Positions 12,801-25,400 of a stretch of 64,000 bases of DNA are shown piece by piece. The translations under genes and the position numbers were made by a program. Below the pieces are notes generated by a model. It was not told where the DNA came from and ran no database searches. It saw only the letters and a list, made by a program, of their open reading frames with translations. Origin of the DNA: Ascidiella aspersa. Lineage: Eukaryota. The stretch's first letter is position 1, and each line of letters starts with the position of its first letter. The stretch lies in assembly GCA_963924565.1 (NCBI GenBank), contig OZ004608.1, positions 5,332,001 to 5,396,000 of the forward strand. Direction: 5' to 3'.

Positions 12801-15800
12801 ACACGTGGCTGGAGCGGCGACGCTGATTGGTCGGATTCGGTTGGACGCGAAACTTTGAAAATCGGGATTTGGGCAAATTTACTCCAAAAGACCGCAAACT
12901 GTTGTTGTAGTTAAAATCTTTCACAGCAACACAAAAGACCTTAAAACGCTAATAAATCAAAACTAATACCTAAGTAAATTGAAATATTATGATTTCATCG
13001 GGCAGTTGAGCATTTGTAATAAATTTCTACAATGTTAATAGTAAGATACAGTGTTGCTAAAAGCTTACAGGCGCATTTAACAGGGATTCAACGGTACTGT
13101 ACGATTATCCCACTTGTTGTACGTGGTATTTGGTCGCGACAGCGTTCGTTGTTTGCTTTTGCGATGTCGTGTCGACTTGCTAGTTGCAGCAAGTTCGCAC
13201 AGGAGCTAGGCCAACAAGCTTGCGCGGCTCTAAGCGTACTTGACCGCCAGCGAAAGTGCTTGGTCCAAGTCGAAAACTGATTGACCGCCTTTCGGGCAAG
13301 CCGATCTGGCGAAAGCGCAAGCTAATCACTTTAAGTCGCTCTCAATCGCATCTGAGACTATTTTAAAACGCGTTTCCGACAAGCTTTATTTGATACACGG
13401 CTGAAATGTTGCTTGTACGCGGATTCGCGCCATTGTTTCTCGCGAATCAATTTGACGGCGATTAGCGACTTTTGCGAGAACGTGTTTGTGATTATGCACG
13501 GTTTTTAGCTTCCGAAACTCGGAACCCCTGGCTTTGCTCAAGAGAACACATCCACATAATTAGCAATTGTGTACAATGACCGCATCTACAGGGATTTAAA
13601 GGCTCCATTCTACATAAAGCAGCCCGTAGTGTTAAAATCTTCGTCGTCGCTGTGAAACGCCGAGTTTCTATTGCTGATGTACAGACCGCAGAATTAAAAC
13701 CGGCGTTGCAAATCGCTGGATTTTCTGTTGCTGGTGTATTGGGGGTGACGCATTACACATTGGCCAGCAAATTGTGTCTCTGAAACAACCACGGGCCCCG
13801 CGGCGCTGTTATTTACACGTGTTTGCGGCAACATAAACAGCAGGCCTTGCTTACAGCGCGATTGCATAAACAAACGAGGGCAGATGACAAGCGGACGGCA
13901 CAAGTGTGTATTTCCTCGACTTTTAGAAGGGCCAGGATCCGACTGAGAGCCAATAACCACTTGAGGTTTACGATTTTGCACAAATTATTGTAAAATCTGG
14001 GTAAATAATTCGTTGAAATCTTTTAAATGGCGTATATAGGCACACACACTTAAGTTAATGATTTAACGCAACTTATTCTAAAATTTGAGTAACTAATTGG
14101 TTTAAACCCATTACAACGAGTTTATACCCTTTTAAAACGACTACAACTCTCAAAATTACCCAAGAGACTTGGCTGTTTCGTTTGAACACCCATCCAAGCT
14201 ACATAGCTTGACTGTGCGCTAATTTGCAAAACCATAGACAGGTGCAAGTCTAAATTGCACAATAACGCATCGATTAGAAACGGCAGCCACATGCCAATAG
14301 CCATTGGTCACAGGGGAATCGAAAACTCGGGCTCATGTTGCCCAACTGTCAGTGCCAGGCCGCGAAACAGCTGTCGCGCAATTTAACGGCCGCGCATTTT
14401 CACGCACCATTAAGCCCGCGCGCTTGTAACGAAAATGTTGCGCCTCGAATATTATCGAATTGGGCTCGATACATTCGTTTTCTGATCGCTTTTATCATAT
14501 TTCGTGCATGAATGGACGCGCGATTAGCGGCACGATTATCCGGCTGACGCGCATTTTCACGCGTCGCGCGTTATTATTGGGGTCTTGTGAGAATTTTACA
14601 CGCAATGTTTTTTTAATTAAATAAGGAATGTCCCCTTGTCCCGTTTAACGTGGGTTTTGCCGTACGTATCCAAAAATACCAACTTTAACTTGAAAAAAAT
14701 CGACATATGGTGGAACTGTGGACAACATATTGCGCTTACAAATCGTTCATGCGCTTCAATTAACCTGTGGCGGCGGCAATTTTAAAACCAGTAGTAGTAG
14801 CACTTTACAACGTCTGGCCAACTGCTGTTACAAGGCTACAGGCTGCCCACTGTTGGCGTCCCCTGACACGTGCAGCAGAAGGTGCGAATTAGCTTAATTA
14901 CTGCACAGGGCAGCCTTGGAGCACCTTGTATGCTGTCTGTGCCCAGCAACACCTGGCTTTTAGCACCATTGTTAGGCACAATAGCGGCAAGCTGTTATCC
15001 TAGCTTCCTTTGGTGGAAGCAAGCCCAATGGTTCACCAAATCTACTGGGGTTTGTTCTAATTTGTCAAAAGGTTCTTAATAAAGTAAACTTGCCACGCTA
15101 GTATGGGAAACTCTACATTTAGGCTTTGGCTACAATATACAATTGCTATCTGCTAGAATTAAAAGCTCGATCTGGTGAACACAATTTTTAAACTTTGTTG
15201 TATACAATGCTAACTGATATACATTTGGGCTTTGTCTATGATATGCTGCCTTCTGCTATCACAAAAATTTATTTTGAAAAGTTTTCAAGGTTAGACTTAC
15301 ACAATGCTAAATTGATTTACCCAAAAGCTTGTGCAATGTAAAGTACATGCCTTACTGTCCACCAAAAAAAATTGACAGTCCAAACTTACTAATAAGCCTA
15401 ATTTTTTGCCAAAACATACCGTCATATTGACTTCCAGAAACCAATGGAGAGTTTAGGCTTGACGCAAACGATAGAGCCCCAGCGGGTGATGGGTGACCCA
15501 TGCTGCTTGCCAGGGGTGAATCGACACTGGACACACTGGAAAGGGACAATCGCTTGCGTGGTGTGTCAGAGGTCTCTTGACTGTAATGCACAAAACGGGG
15601 GCTCGGAACACAGTCGATTTGGGGATGAATGAGTTTATGGCATGTCAAGAAATGAAAAAACGGATGCACATAGACATGCAAACCTTTACTTGTAACTGAA
15701 TTATAATACAAACTTGGAAAGAAAAGATTACAAACTAGTACAATCTTGGTTAACAGCTATTAATTCTTGTCTTAGTGAAGTACTGCAAAACAAGTGGCAC

Positions 15801-16604
15801 TATAGACCAATTATATTTCAGATTTGAACAGTAGAAGTACAAGCATCCTTCTCATGCAAACATCTTTGGAATATACAAAAGTTATACCTAAATTTAACCT
15901 CATGAATAAATGAAAGAAGTATTTTGCACTTATCACATTTTGCAAACCGTACACCACCGAACATGCGACACTTAAAATTACCAAAAGTGATCAAAGGCCT
16001 CCAACCTAGTGTTCAGGTCACGAAAGTCAAAAGCCAAGCTTGACATGGGTGACATCTCCTTGGGTGAGTACATTCCCGGGGAATACCCGCCATGGTTGCG
16101 ACCGTACAACAATCTAAGAGAAAATATTGCCAAATTAGACTTATGTACACAAATTCTACAAACAAATGATTTTAAAACTAATGAAAACAGGTTTTCTTAA
16201 CCAAAAAGTTACAGTTACAACAGTAAATGGTGAAAACTACTGGTAATAATGAGTAATAATTGGTAAAACTACCATGATTACTTATTCTAAATAAACAACT
16301 GAGCTATAACTAGCTCTGCAGGACATGCTCACAATTCTTTAGATTTACATATTATAATTAGAAAATTTTTCACCAAAGAGTTTGGCATTCACCTGTTTGG
16401 AATGACCGGTCGTCCACCTGATGAGTTGAAACAAGTTGGTTTGGGCAGAGCACTCAGGCCACCGGTGGACGACGGGTGGGTTTCTTTCTCATTTCCACAC
16501 CCCTCCACCGAAGGGGGCCTTATGAAGGGGTTAAGCAGCGAAGGCTTCACCAGCGAGGGTACAGACCGGCTCGAAGCCGCAGAGGAAAATCCAGAATCAG
16601 TCAT
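3858..16604 (-). CDS. cdc25: Cdc25 / M-phase inducer phosphatase, about 820 aa (about 892 aa with optional exon 8213-8428)
   Basis: Phase-consistent GT-AG exons, 5' to 3': 16393-16604, 16006-16113, 15420-15580, [8213-8428], 7678-7808, 6837-7496, 6316-6633, 5755-5981, 5217-5364, 4797-4927, 4233-4458, 3858-3998 (TGA). Catalytic-domain motifs: [74 protein letters not shown]. Regulatory motifs: [40 protein letters not shown]. An in-frame TGA lies just upstream of ATG 16604. Confidence 0.95.
8213..8428 (-). CDS. cdc25: cdc25 alternative exon: symmetric phase-1 cassette, or alternative first coding exon from ATG 8303 ([30 protein letters not shown])
   Basis: Open in frame and ends at a phase-1 GT donor compatible with exon 7678-7808. 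ATG is in accATGg context. The acceptor at 8429-8430 has a poor pyrimidine tract, which favours first-exon use. Confidence 0.6.
12220..12870. promoter_or_regulatory. Intronic cell-cycle regulatory module (E2F, CCAAT, CRE/E-box, CDE/CHR-like)
   Basis: CpG-rich. GGCGCGAAA (E2F) at 12356-12364. CCAAT boxes in opposite orientation at about 12309 and 12826. TGACGTCACACGTG at about 12794. CGCG-aaac-TTTGAA at 12846-12859. Confidence 0.5.
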
Positions 16605-19600
16605 GATTCAGTGGAAAGTTCCTTAGTTGCAGATAAAAAGTCCCTGTAGATTGGTCACTTTTGCAGGGTACTGGCTGTCATAAAAGCTAGGGGATTCTTT
16701 TGTGAGATTCAATTTATAAAATATATCTGCCAAAAAGTTGAAAATCGCATTAGACAAACGAAACTTCCACTCTGCAGTCGGATTTGGAACTAATCCCCAT
16801 CTCTTAAGCAGAAAAGTTTGTGACCTAATTTGTCTGCATGCCGTACAGTACACTTACCAGCTAGACTGGCAATACAACTGCTGTCCGTCTGCAGAGGGCA
16901 TTACGCGCAAAACCAAACAGATGGAGCGAGCTATTGCTGTCGCCTTTCTGCACTGGGCATCTGTCGCGCTATGTTAAGAGCCATTCCACATTCCTAAAAC
17001 CAGCACTTCAAAATCCTTTCAGCCTTTGTGAGCCGCCAATGCCAAATCAGCACTAATCGCACAGAAAGCGCTAATTCCGCTCAACTCAATGTAGGAAACT
17101 CTATGTTGTACATTATCCGAAGCGCTGTGGTCTCGACTGTTTTTAGCGGTACAATAATATGGCGCCACGATAACGATACATGCAGCAACTGGCTGTATTA
17201 TGCTGAGGAAATGGATGCTGTACCGTACCACACAATGTCTATTAATGACTGAATGCTAAACGCAACACCACTAGATGTTTATACTGCAGACACTAAGGGC
17301 AGTTAGCAGTGCATTGCACGCTGCGTATGACTGATTAAAACTTCCCCTGTGTGGATATCTTCCGCACAACACTGTCAGCGCAACCAACTGTGTGTGGAAT
17401 TAGCACACCTTTCCTTCTACCAAAAAGCCTAAGCCGGTCTGCTTGCTCCTTTGTGGCAGCGATCGTAAAACAAACTAGACTCCTTGTCCCAGTTGGACTG
17501 AAAAACTGCTGGAGACACGAAAGTGGTCGCGGCCTCTTACCTGAGAATTAAGTTGGTACTACACTGGGACACTCCAATAGCGGCCTTTTAGCTTGAGAGC
17601 TTTTGCTCTGAAAAGGAAACTCACGCTATGCAGCGGCGGTGTGCGTGTCCCACACAAATCGGTTCTGTCAACAATTACCTGTCCGCCGACAGCCTTATGA
17701 CATCACAGAGAGAAAAAAAAGGCGCTTCGCGCTCGAGCAAGACGATTGTTTCGTCCGCTCGAGAGGCTTCAATGAAAATTTGCCGATATCGAAAAAATGA
17801 ATACCCTTACACTAAAAATATGACTTTATATATTTGAGTTGGCGATCGCGGATATTAAAATTGCCTGTCGAAGTTTCAAATTATTCCTCCTGTGGTAGAG
17901 TTTTGAATTAAATATACAACGAATTGTAGTTTCGCGTAGTTTAACGTGTTGACTAACATTACTGAGCGAAAACATAAGGCTACTGGAGTGGGCTTTTTAA
18001 CTTAAGTTACCGTACATAAATCATTCGAATTGCTGTTGCGAGTACTCAAACCATTAACATTTACTAGGAAGCACGATTGTTTAGTTCAGCCAAGCTGGCC
18101 AACTCTAATACGATATGCTCAACTCTAAAGCCACCCTTGGTAGGTATAACCAACGTGCTGCCTTGCATTCCCAAACTAATCTCAACTTACTCCCCAAAGT
18201 TGGACTAAAGAGCTCCTTTTGCTTTCGATGCAAGTTATAGACTGAAGTCTGTAGGCGAAACACCTTGACTCCTAAGTCAAGTCTACAGGTGTGCTGTGTG
18301 CACTTGCAAGAAATCGCTCAGCCAACAGGTGATTGTTGCCAAACAAAGGACACCATGTGCACTTGACTGCTGGTGACTGAATGCTGGTGCAGTGAGCATG
18401 CTGACTGCATTATATCGCCCGCTGTCTTTCTTTCTGTGACGCGACAGTTGCAATGTTTTCGTAGCGAAGCCGATAAGGCCCACTGCTGCGATAGTGCGTC
18501 GGCCTTTTTTTTCGCGATAACGTCTCCGTCTACCGTTAACCGACGCTTTCTGGGCGAAGATATCGCTTATCAAAACTCGAGCGCTCGACCAGCCCGCACA
18601 ATGGCGAAAGTTGAATTCCTTGTTACGTACCAGATGTCCCTTTGTTGACAAATAACGGCTCCGTTTTCGGAGAAAGTAACCTTACCTCAACAGTAAACTA
18701 AAGACCGATCGCAATCACCAAAGCTAGACTTTACCTACAGTTGTCAAACTAAACAATTTTGCATGCTCGGTTCAAAACGTGCTGAACATATGCTGCCTGA
18801 CCTCGGCAGAAACCGCGACACCCTACTTTTAGCTCTACCAGTTGGCGAAGTACAGCGCTAAGATGGTGGGAATGCTGTTAATTGAATTTTAACGGTTCTG
18901 CTTCGATCGAAGGGTGGGAAAGGGGCTATTTTACTCTCACAGGCAATAAAACGTTGCCGTACAGTACACATAAGGTTGCCACTGTTTGGCCTTTATGCAT
19001 TGATTGTCATCTAAATCTGAATTATATGCTCAATAGGCGTTTGATAAACTGTGGAAGACTGTTTTATTACAAACTGTTTGTGAGTTTGACTGTGGCTGTA
19101 TTTATATCCGAAAAAAAAAGAAAAGCCAAAAACGCTTGGCAAATTTACATTTGACACCGCCCAATCCATCAGCGATCAAATAAAGCTAAATTAAGTTTAT
19201 AGCCAGACGCCAAACGTCAGCGAGGCCTGCCCATGCGGGATATAGCCAGACGGACGGGGCTTTCGGCTGTCAAACTCCGCATAATTTACGCCGTTGTTCC
19301 AACTGGGAATGCCTTGGCATTTTCCGGTCAAAATCCCTGAACCAAACGCCCAAACCGGCATGGCTACAGTGTTACAGAGTCCGGTATAACAGTCAACAAC
19401 ACCACTGTAAACCTTATCGTTCAATTTGGTGGTTTAAACCACGTGGCAACAACTCGCAAAACATCCTGTGTCCTATAGGTGCATAGAGCAAACTTGAACG
19501 TAGATAGTAGCGAGTTGCGCGACTTGTTTATTTGTTTCTCACTTTCACCTGGTTGCATTTTGAGCGGAAGGTGCAACCGTTCAGATTTAGAAGGCAAAGC

Positions 19601-22479
19601 ACCTTGGCACCAGCACTTGTTTGCACTGACTATACCGTTGGAGTTTTGGCACTCGCAAACGTGGAGAGGTGTTGGGAGGTGAAATGTTGACTTTCGATGT
19701 AGATTTTGTCAGCACGTTAGATCTTTTAGGCGAATTTCACACATTGCACTTTACAAACCAGCAACGTTCTTGATTCGATATAACATTGTATACGTCTAAC
19801 AGAAATTATTTTTTTAAACGACCAGGTTTGAGGCGACACAGCTAAAGAAATACCTACGAATAACCTATGTAGTCTAACCCAAATTACAACCCCATGTTTT
19901 AATCCAAACATTTATATCATCATTATGATTGCCCAGTTTAAAATCAAGATAATTTGCAACGGACTAAGAAACTTGTCGTTTTGTTGTAGTGTGGGCCTAG
20001 AAAGCCTATCATCATTATTAGATCTTTTAGTTAAAACCTAATTTCCCAAGCTCCCTGGACAAATCCTTATTATCAATGCAGTTCAGCTATTAAAACAAAG
20101 CACAGCAAGCTTGCCTATGGGATGTAGTCCCGACGCTCATAACCCACTGGGCATAGAATTAGCTCACCTTTGCAATTTTCAAAAGGCTCGCATTAAGTAA
20201 ACCAGTTCCCGCTCGCCTTGTTCGTCCTTGCTGGACAAACCTTAGAAAGTTTCTGTGAAGGAACAGCACGATATCGTCCAGGTAATTCGCCGTACAAAAC
20301 TGGCTTCCTTCTCGACATCAATTCCGTGAGATTAAAACTCGGCTGTGTGTGTTTTGCTTGGCGGGTAGTTTTGTAAAAATAATTTGAGTTTGGATTTTGC
20401 GGCGGCATTTGTTTTTCAAGAAACGGTAAGCAAAGTAACTTCTGCAAAGGTTGCGAAATACCATTGTCCCAAAATCAATTATTTCCAGTTTTGGACCTCG
20501 AGAGTTTTATTTCGTCAGCTAATATACCTTATATCAATAGGGATTTAACATGGTCAGATTGGCGATGTTTTTAATGCTGTTTCATGTACCGAAGCGTTCT
20601 CTTAAATTTATGGTAAGGTAGATTAAAACATTGGCTACTTCTATAACTACATCAGGAAATGACCAGTTTGTACTAGGTCAGTTGCGTTCCCCTGAAATTT
20701 CTTAGAGGACACTGCAGGCAAACCTTAAAAAATCATGTCGATGGGTATAAATTACAAAAGTATTATGTCGCAATGAAATGACATCTTGATCTAATCCTTA
20801 TTTAATGAATGTCAAATGCGGATGCCCGGTTACAAAGACATCCGAAGCAAGCCAGAGGGATGTGGTCCAAATTCACAATCCAAATCCAACTGACAAAGCC
20901 CCCAAACAATTGGAATATAGCGCACCGGAATGTTTAGCGACATTGCTGTAATAGCAGGTGCAGGTCGCATTGCTGACAGGGGAGGGATAATTATGACGTC
21001 ATGACCACAGGACGCCCGTCAGGTGTCCCCTTGCAAAAGGACGGGGGAGTGGTGTCCTAAAGACCCCGGTTTGGTTCCGTCCAACTTAGAACCGGGATTA
21101 AGTCGAATTAAACTTTTGTTCGCTTCCACTAAGACCCGGATTAAGCGGAGAAAACGAGCGCCTAAAACAATATATCCTCGACCGCAGAATGTCCATCGCT
21201 CCGCCCGAGTTTGCGGCCAGGATACAATGGAAACGCGATGCCCCTTTGTTTGCACTTGGGCCTGATTGATAGGTCATTAACGTGGTTGTAAATCTTGCAG
21301 AGCAATGTCAAATCTATTTAATGTTCAAATTTTAATTTTGTTAAATTATATGGGGGATATTTTGACATTGCATTTCGCGTGATAATGTAATTTAAATGAA
21401 ATACGCGAATACTAACAGTAACAGTTTAACTCAAAACAAGCCAAAATGGATTTAGGTCAGTGGTTCTTAAACTTTTTTAACGCGCATCCCTAATTTTTTA
21501 GCTTTACGTTGACCACAGTAGACAATAGTTAAGAGATGACGTTATAAATAGATGTATACTTTTATAATCTGCTGGTTTCGTTCAACAGCATTCGAAAGAA
21601 AAATGTGGTCTAAATACATTGAGTGCAAACACGTTTTTTTTTAATTTAAACAGTTTCTTTTCAAACATATGCTCTATGGTTTCGGTATTAAAATTTCAAC
21701 AGACATAATGTTATGTTTGAAGAACAATTTTATTGTGGGATTCATTTCATCATTTCAGTCAAATTGTAAGTGATACCAATACTGATTCTGTGAACAGCGC
21801 TTTGAGGGAACGTTCGTAACATGTTCAACCAAACATCTCTTCTAAACAGGCGCCGCGATGCAGATTTGTCATTGCACCCGACGTCGCGACGCTGCTCGCG
21901 CGCCCCGCGAAAAGGCGACGCGCGTCTCGACGCGGACCCTTGTGACGTAATAAATATCGAGATTATGACGTCGTAAAACTCGGACATAAGTTGTAATCCG
22001 ACGCCCCTGGGGTAAAGCATACGCGAAAAAGTGAGGATTTGGCGGAGAAGTTAGAACGGCGATAGAGGGTGGCCGATTGACAGAAGGATATTAGAGATTG
22101 ATTAAAATTGCACCTGCCTTGTTATATCCAACTGCCCACGTTTAAATATGATTGATAATCTGATTTTTTCGATTTAAAATAATCGGTTTTGGATAGAGTT
22201 TAATTTGAAGGGCGTTTCTATCCTCTCATGGCTAGTTACACGTTTTGTCTTGTAAAATGAACATGTGTTGTAAGAATTGTTATAGAATATTGTATGTGCA
22301 TGTCTGTCGGGCAGTTCTTTCTGATAGCAATTTCCTTAAAGATCTCACTATAAAACTGTAAAAAAAATTATAAAATTTTGTAACTGCACAGATAATAATA
22401 CCTAGAAAATCAAGGTATTTGGCACTGGCAAACTGCATTGTGTGCGTCGAAATGTTTACGTCAAATTTAGCCGGTGATT

Positions 22480-25400
22480 AGCTATTTCGCCAGGTCTAAT
22501 TTTCACCAGGCGATTAATTATTTAGTCGAACCCCACAATTCAAGTCTTACACGAATAATCGCCGACTGAAAATCAAGTGCAAGCTGATCATTATCAAAAC
22601 AAAGATTCGAGCGGCCACAAAGCCTTGGTTAGATAAGTCGCGCTTGAAACGAACGCCAACAAAAGCAAACATCGATCACATGAATAAAACTCGTAGATCG
22701 TCCCTTATTAGCGATCGCATTGTTCTGTGCACCACAAGACTGCCAAGTGCCAACGTTCAACCAAGCAAGTAGCCAACAATAGACATCTTGAACATCTGCT
22801 GCTATGCAACTTTCCGCGAAGTTAGCTCGAACCTCGCTAATCCAAGTAATTAAGATTGAATTGAGTTCGCAGAACTTTCGAGCAAAAGTTAATTAAACTT
22901 TAAAAATAGTTGCAGCCTAGTTTCGTTGATTGTCATTCCTTTAACAATTTACTTCGTCTTTAAATTTTTAAACATCAATTTTTTAACAAAAACGTGTTGG
23001 AAAAATATATGTAAGTGTGACATTTAAAAGGTAATTTCAGAATAATTTTGTTTTAATTCCTCCGATTTGGTTTTGTTTCGATGCACACACATATAGAAAT
23101 AAAGTGTTATCGTAGTTGATTTCAAGTGTTAGCGATTTACGGAGAATCTTTATCGCCGCATAGCGGATAGCGAATTACCCAACAATAATATTTACGCAAT
23201 TATTTATTGTGTTTCAACGTTCATAACTAAACTATGCGTTTTTTGCAGAAAAGTTATATTAGAAATGCGTTTTGTTGACCGAACATAAAATAATAGTATT
23301 GACCCATTGACTTCCGATTAAAACATCTCAGTTGGCGAAACATAAATCGTTGTTTGTCTTTAGATCAAGCTTAACCTTAAATGGAGACATCTCTTAAATC
23401 AATCAACCCAGTCATGCGTACATCGAATTAACAGCGTCATAAAACATAAGCGTCATATTGTATGCGTAGATAAACAAAGCCATTGACTTGAAAAGGTTAA
23501 ATTAATCGAACAACAATTTATAGATTTCGAACTGATCTATTGTCAACAATACGATATCAAACGGCGATAACAAAGACTGGGAACAATTAACAAAACAGTG
23601 ATTCTAGATTAGTAATGATTGTTATCAGTTTGTTGTTTTATGTCTAATTTTTTGAACAAAAGAACGACAGTTGAAGGCTTAAGCAGATCTTTTTGCATTG
23701 TCAGCATCAAAACAATAGAAATGTTTGTGTTTTGTCATTTTAACTTTTCATGAAGTGGAAATTTAAGAAGATTGAAGAAAATGTATTTGTTTGAGTTGTT
23801 TAGTTTTAATTAAAATATAGTTTTTAAACCATGATTTCATAAGTAGGATGTTCAGTATTTCTCAATTCTTTTTAAATTTTGCGTTAAATTCTCATATTTT
23901 ACATAATTGCTATCCAGTGATTCACTATTTACTCCAACTACAATCCAAGTCTTACACGAATAATCGCCGACTGAAAATCAAGTGCAAGCTGATCATTATC
24001 AAAACAAAGATTCGAGCGACCACAAAGCCTTGGTTAGATAAGTCGCGCTTGAAACGAACGCCAACAAAAGCAAACATCGATCACATGAATAAAACTCGTA
24101 GATCGTCCCTTATTAGCGACCGCATTGTTCTGTGCACCACAAGACTGTCAAGTGCCAACGTTCAACCCAACAAGTCGACAACAATAGACATCTTAAACAT
24201 CTGCTGCTATGCAACTTTCTGCGTAGTTCCCTCGAACCTCGCTAATCCAAGTAATTAAGATTGAATTGAGTTCGCAGAACTTTCGAGCAAAAGTTAATTA
24301 AGTTTTAAAAATAGTTGCAGCCTAGTTTCAGTGATTGTCACTCCTTTAACAATTTACTTCGTCTTTAAATTTTTAAACATCAATTTTTTAACAAAAACGT
24401 GTTGGAAAAATATATGCAAGTGTGACATTTGAAAGGTAATTTCAGAATAATTTTTTTTATTTCCCCGATTTGGTTTTGTTTAGCTGCACACACATATAGA
24501 AATAAAATGTTATCGTAGTTGATTTCAAGTGACGGAGAATCTTTTTCGCCACATAGCGGATAGGGAATTCCCCAGCAATAATGTTTACGCAATTATTTAT
24601 TGTGTTTCAACGTTCATAACTAAACTATGCGTTTTACAGAAAAGTTATATTAGAAATGCGTTTTGTTGACCGAACATAAAATAATAGTATTGACCCATTG
24701 ACTTCCGATTAAAACATCTCAGTTGGCGAAACATAAATCGTTGTTTGTCTTTAGATCAAGCTCAACCTTAAATGAAGACATCTCTTAAATCAATCAACCC
24801 AGTCATGCGTACATCGAATCAACAGCGTCATAAAACATAAGCGTCATATTGTATGCGTAGATAAACAAAGCCATTGACTTGAAAAGGTTAAATCAATCAA
24901 ACTACAATTGATAAGATTTAGAACTGATCTATTGTCAACAATACAATATCAAACGGCGATAACAAAGACTGGGAACAATTAACAAAACAATGATTCTAGA
25001 TTAATAATGATTGTTATCAGTTTGTTGTTTAAGAACTGTTTATTTGAACAAAATTTTTAACTTTTCATGAAGTGGAAATTTAAGAAGAGATTGAAGAAAA
25101 TGTATTTGTTTGAGTTATTTAGTTTTAATTAAAATATAGTTTTTTAAACCATGATTTCGTAAGTAGGATGTTCAGTATTTCTCAATTCTTTTTAAATTTT
25201 GCGTTAAATTCTCATATTTTACATAATTGCTATTCAGTGATTCACTATTTACTCCAACTACAATCCAAGTCTTACACGAATAATCGCCGACTGAAAATCA
25301 AGTGCAAGCTGACCATTAGCTAAACAAAGATACGAGCGACCACAAAGCCTTAGTTAGATAAGTCGCGCTTGAAACGAACGCCAACAAAAGCAAACATCGA

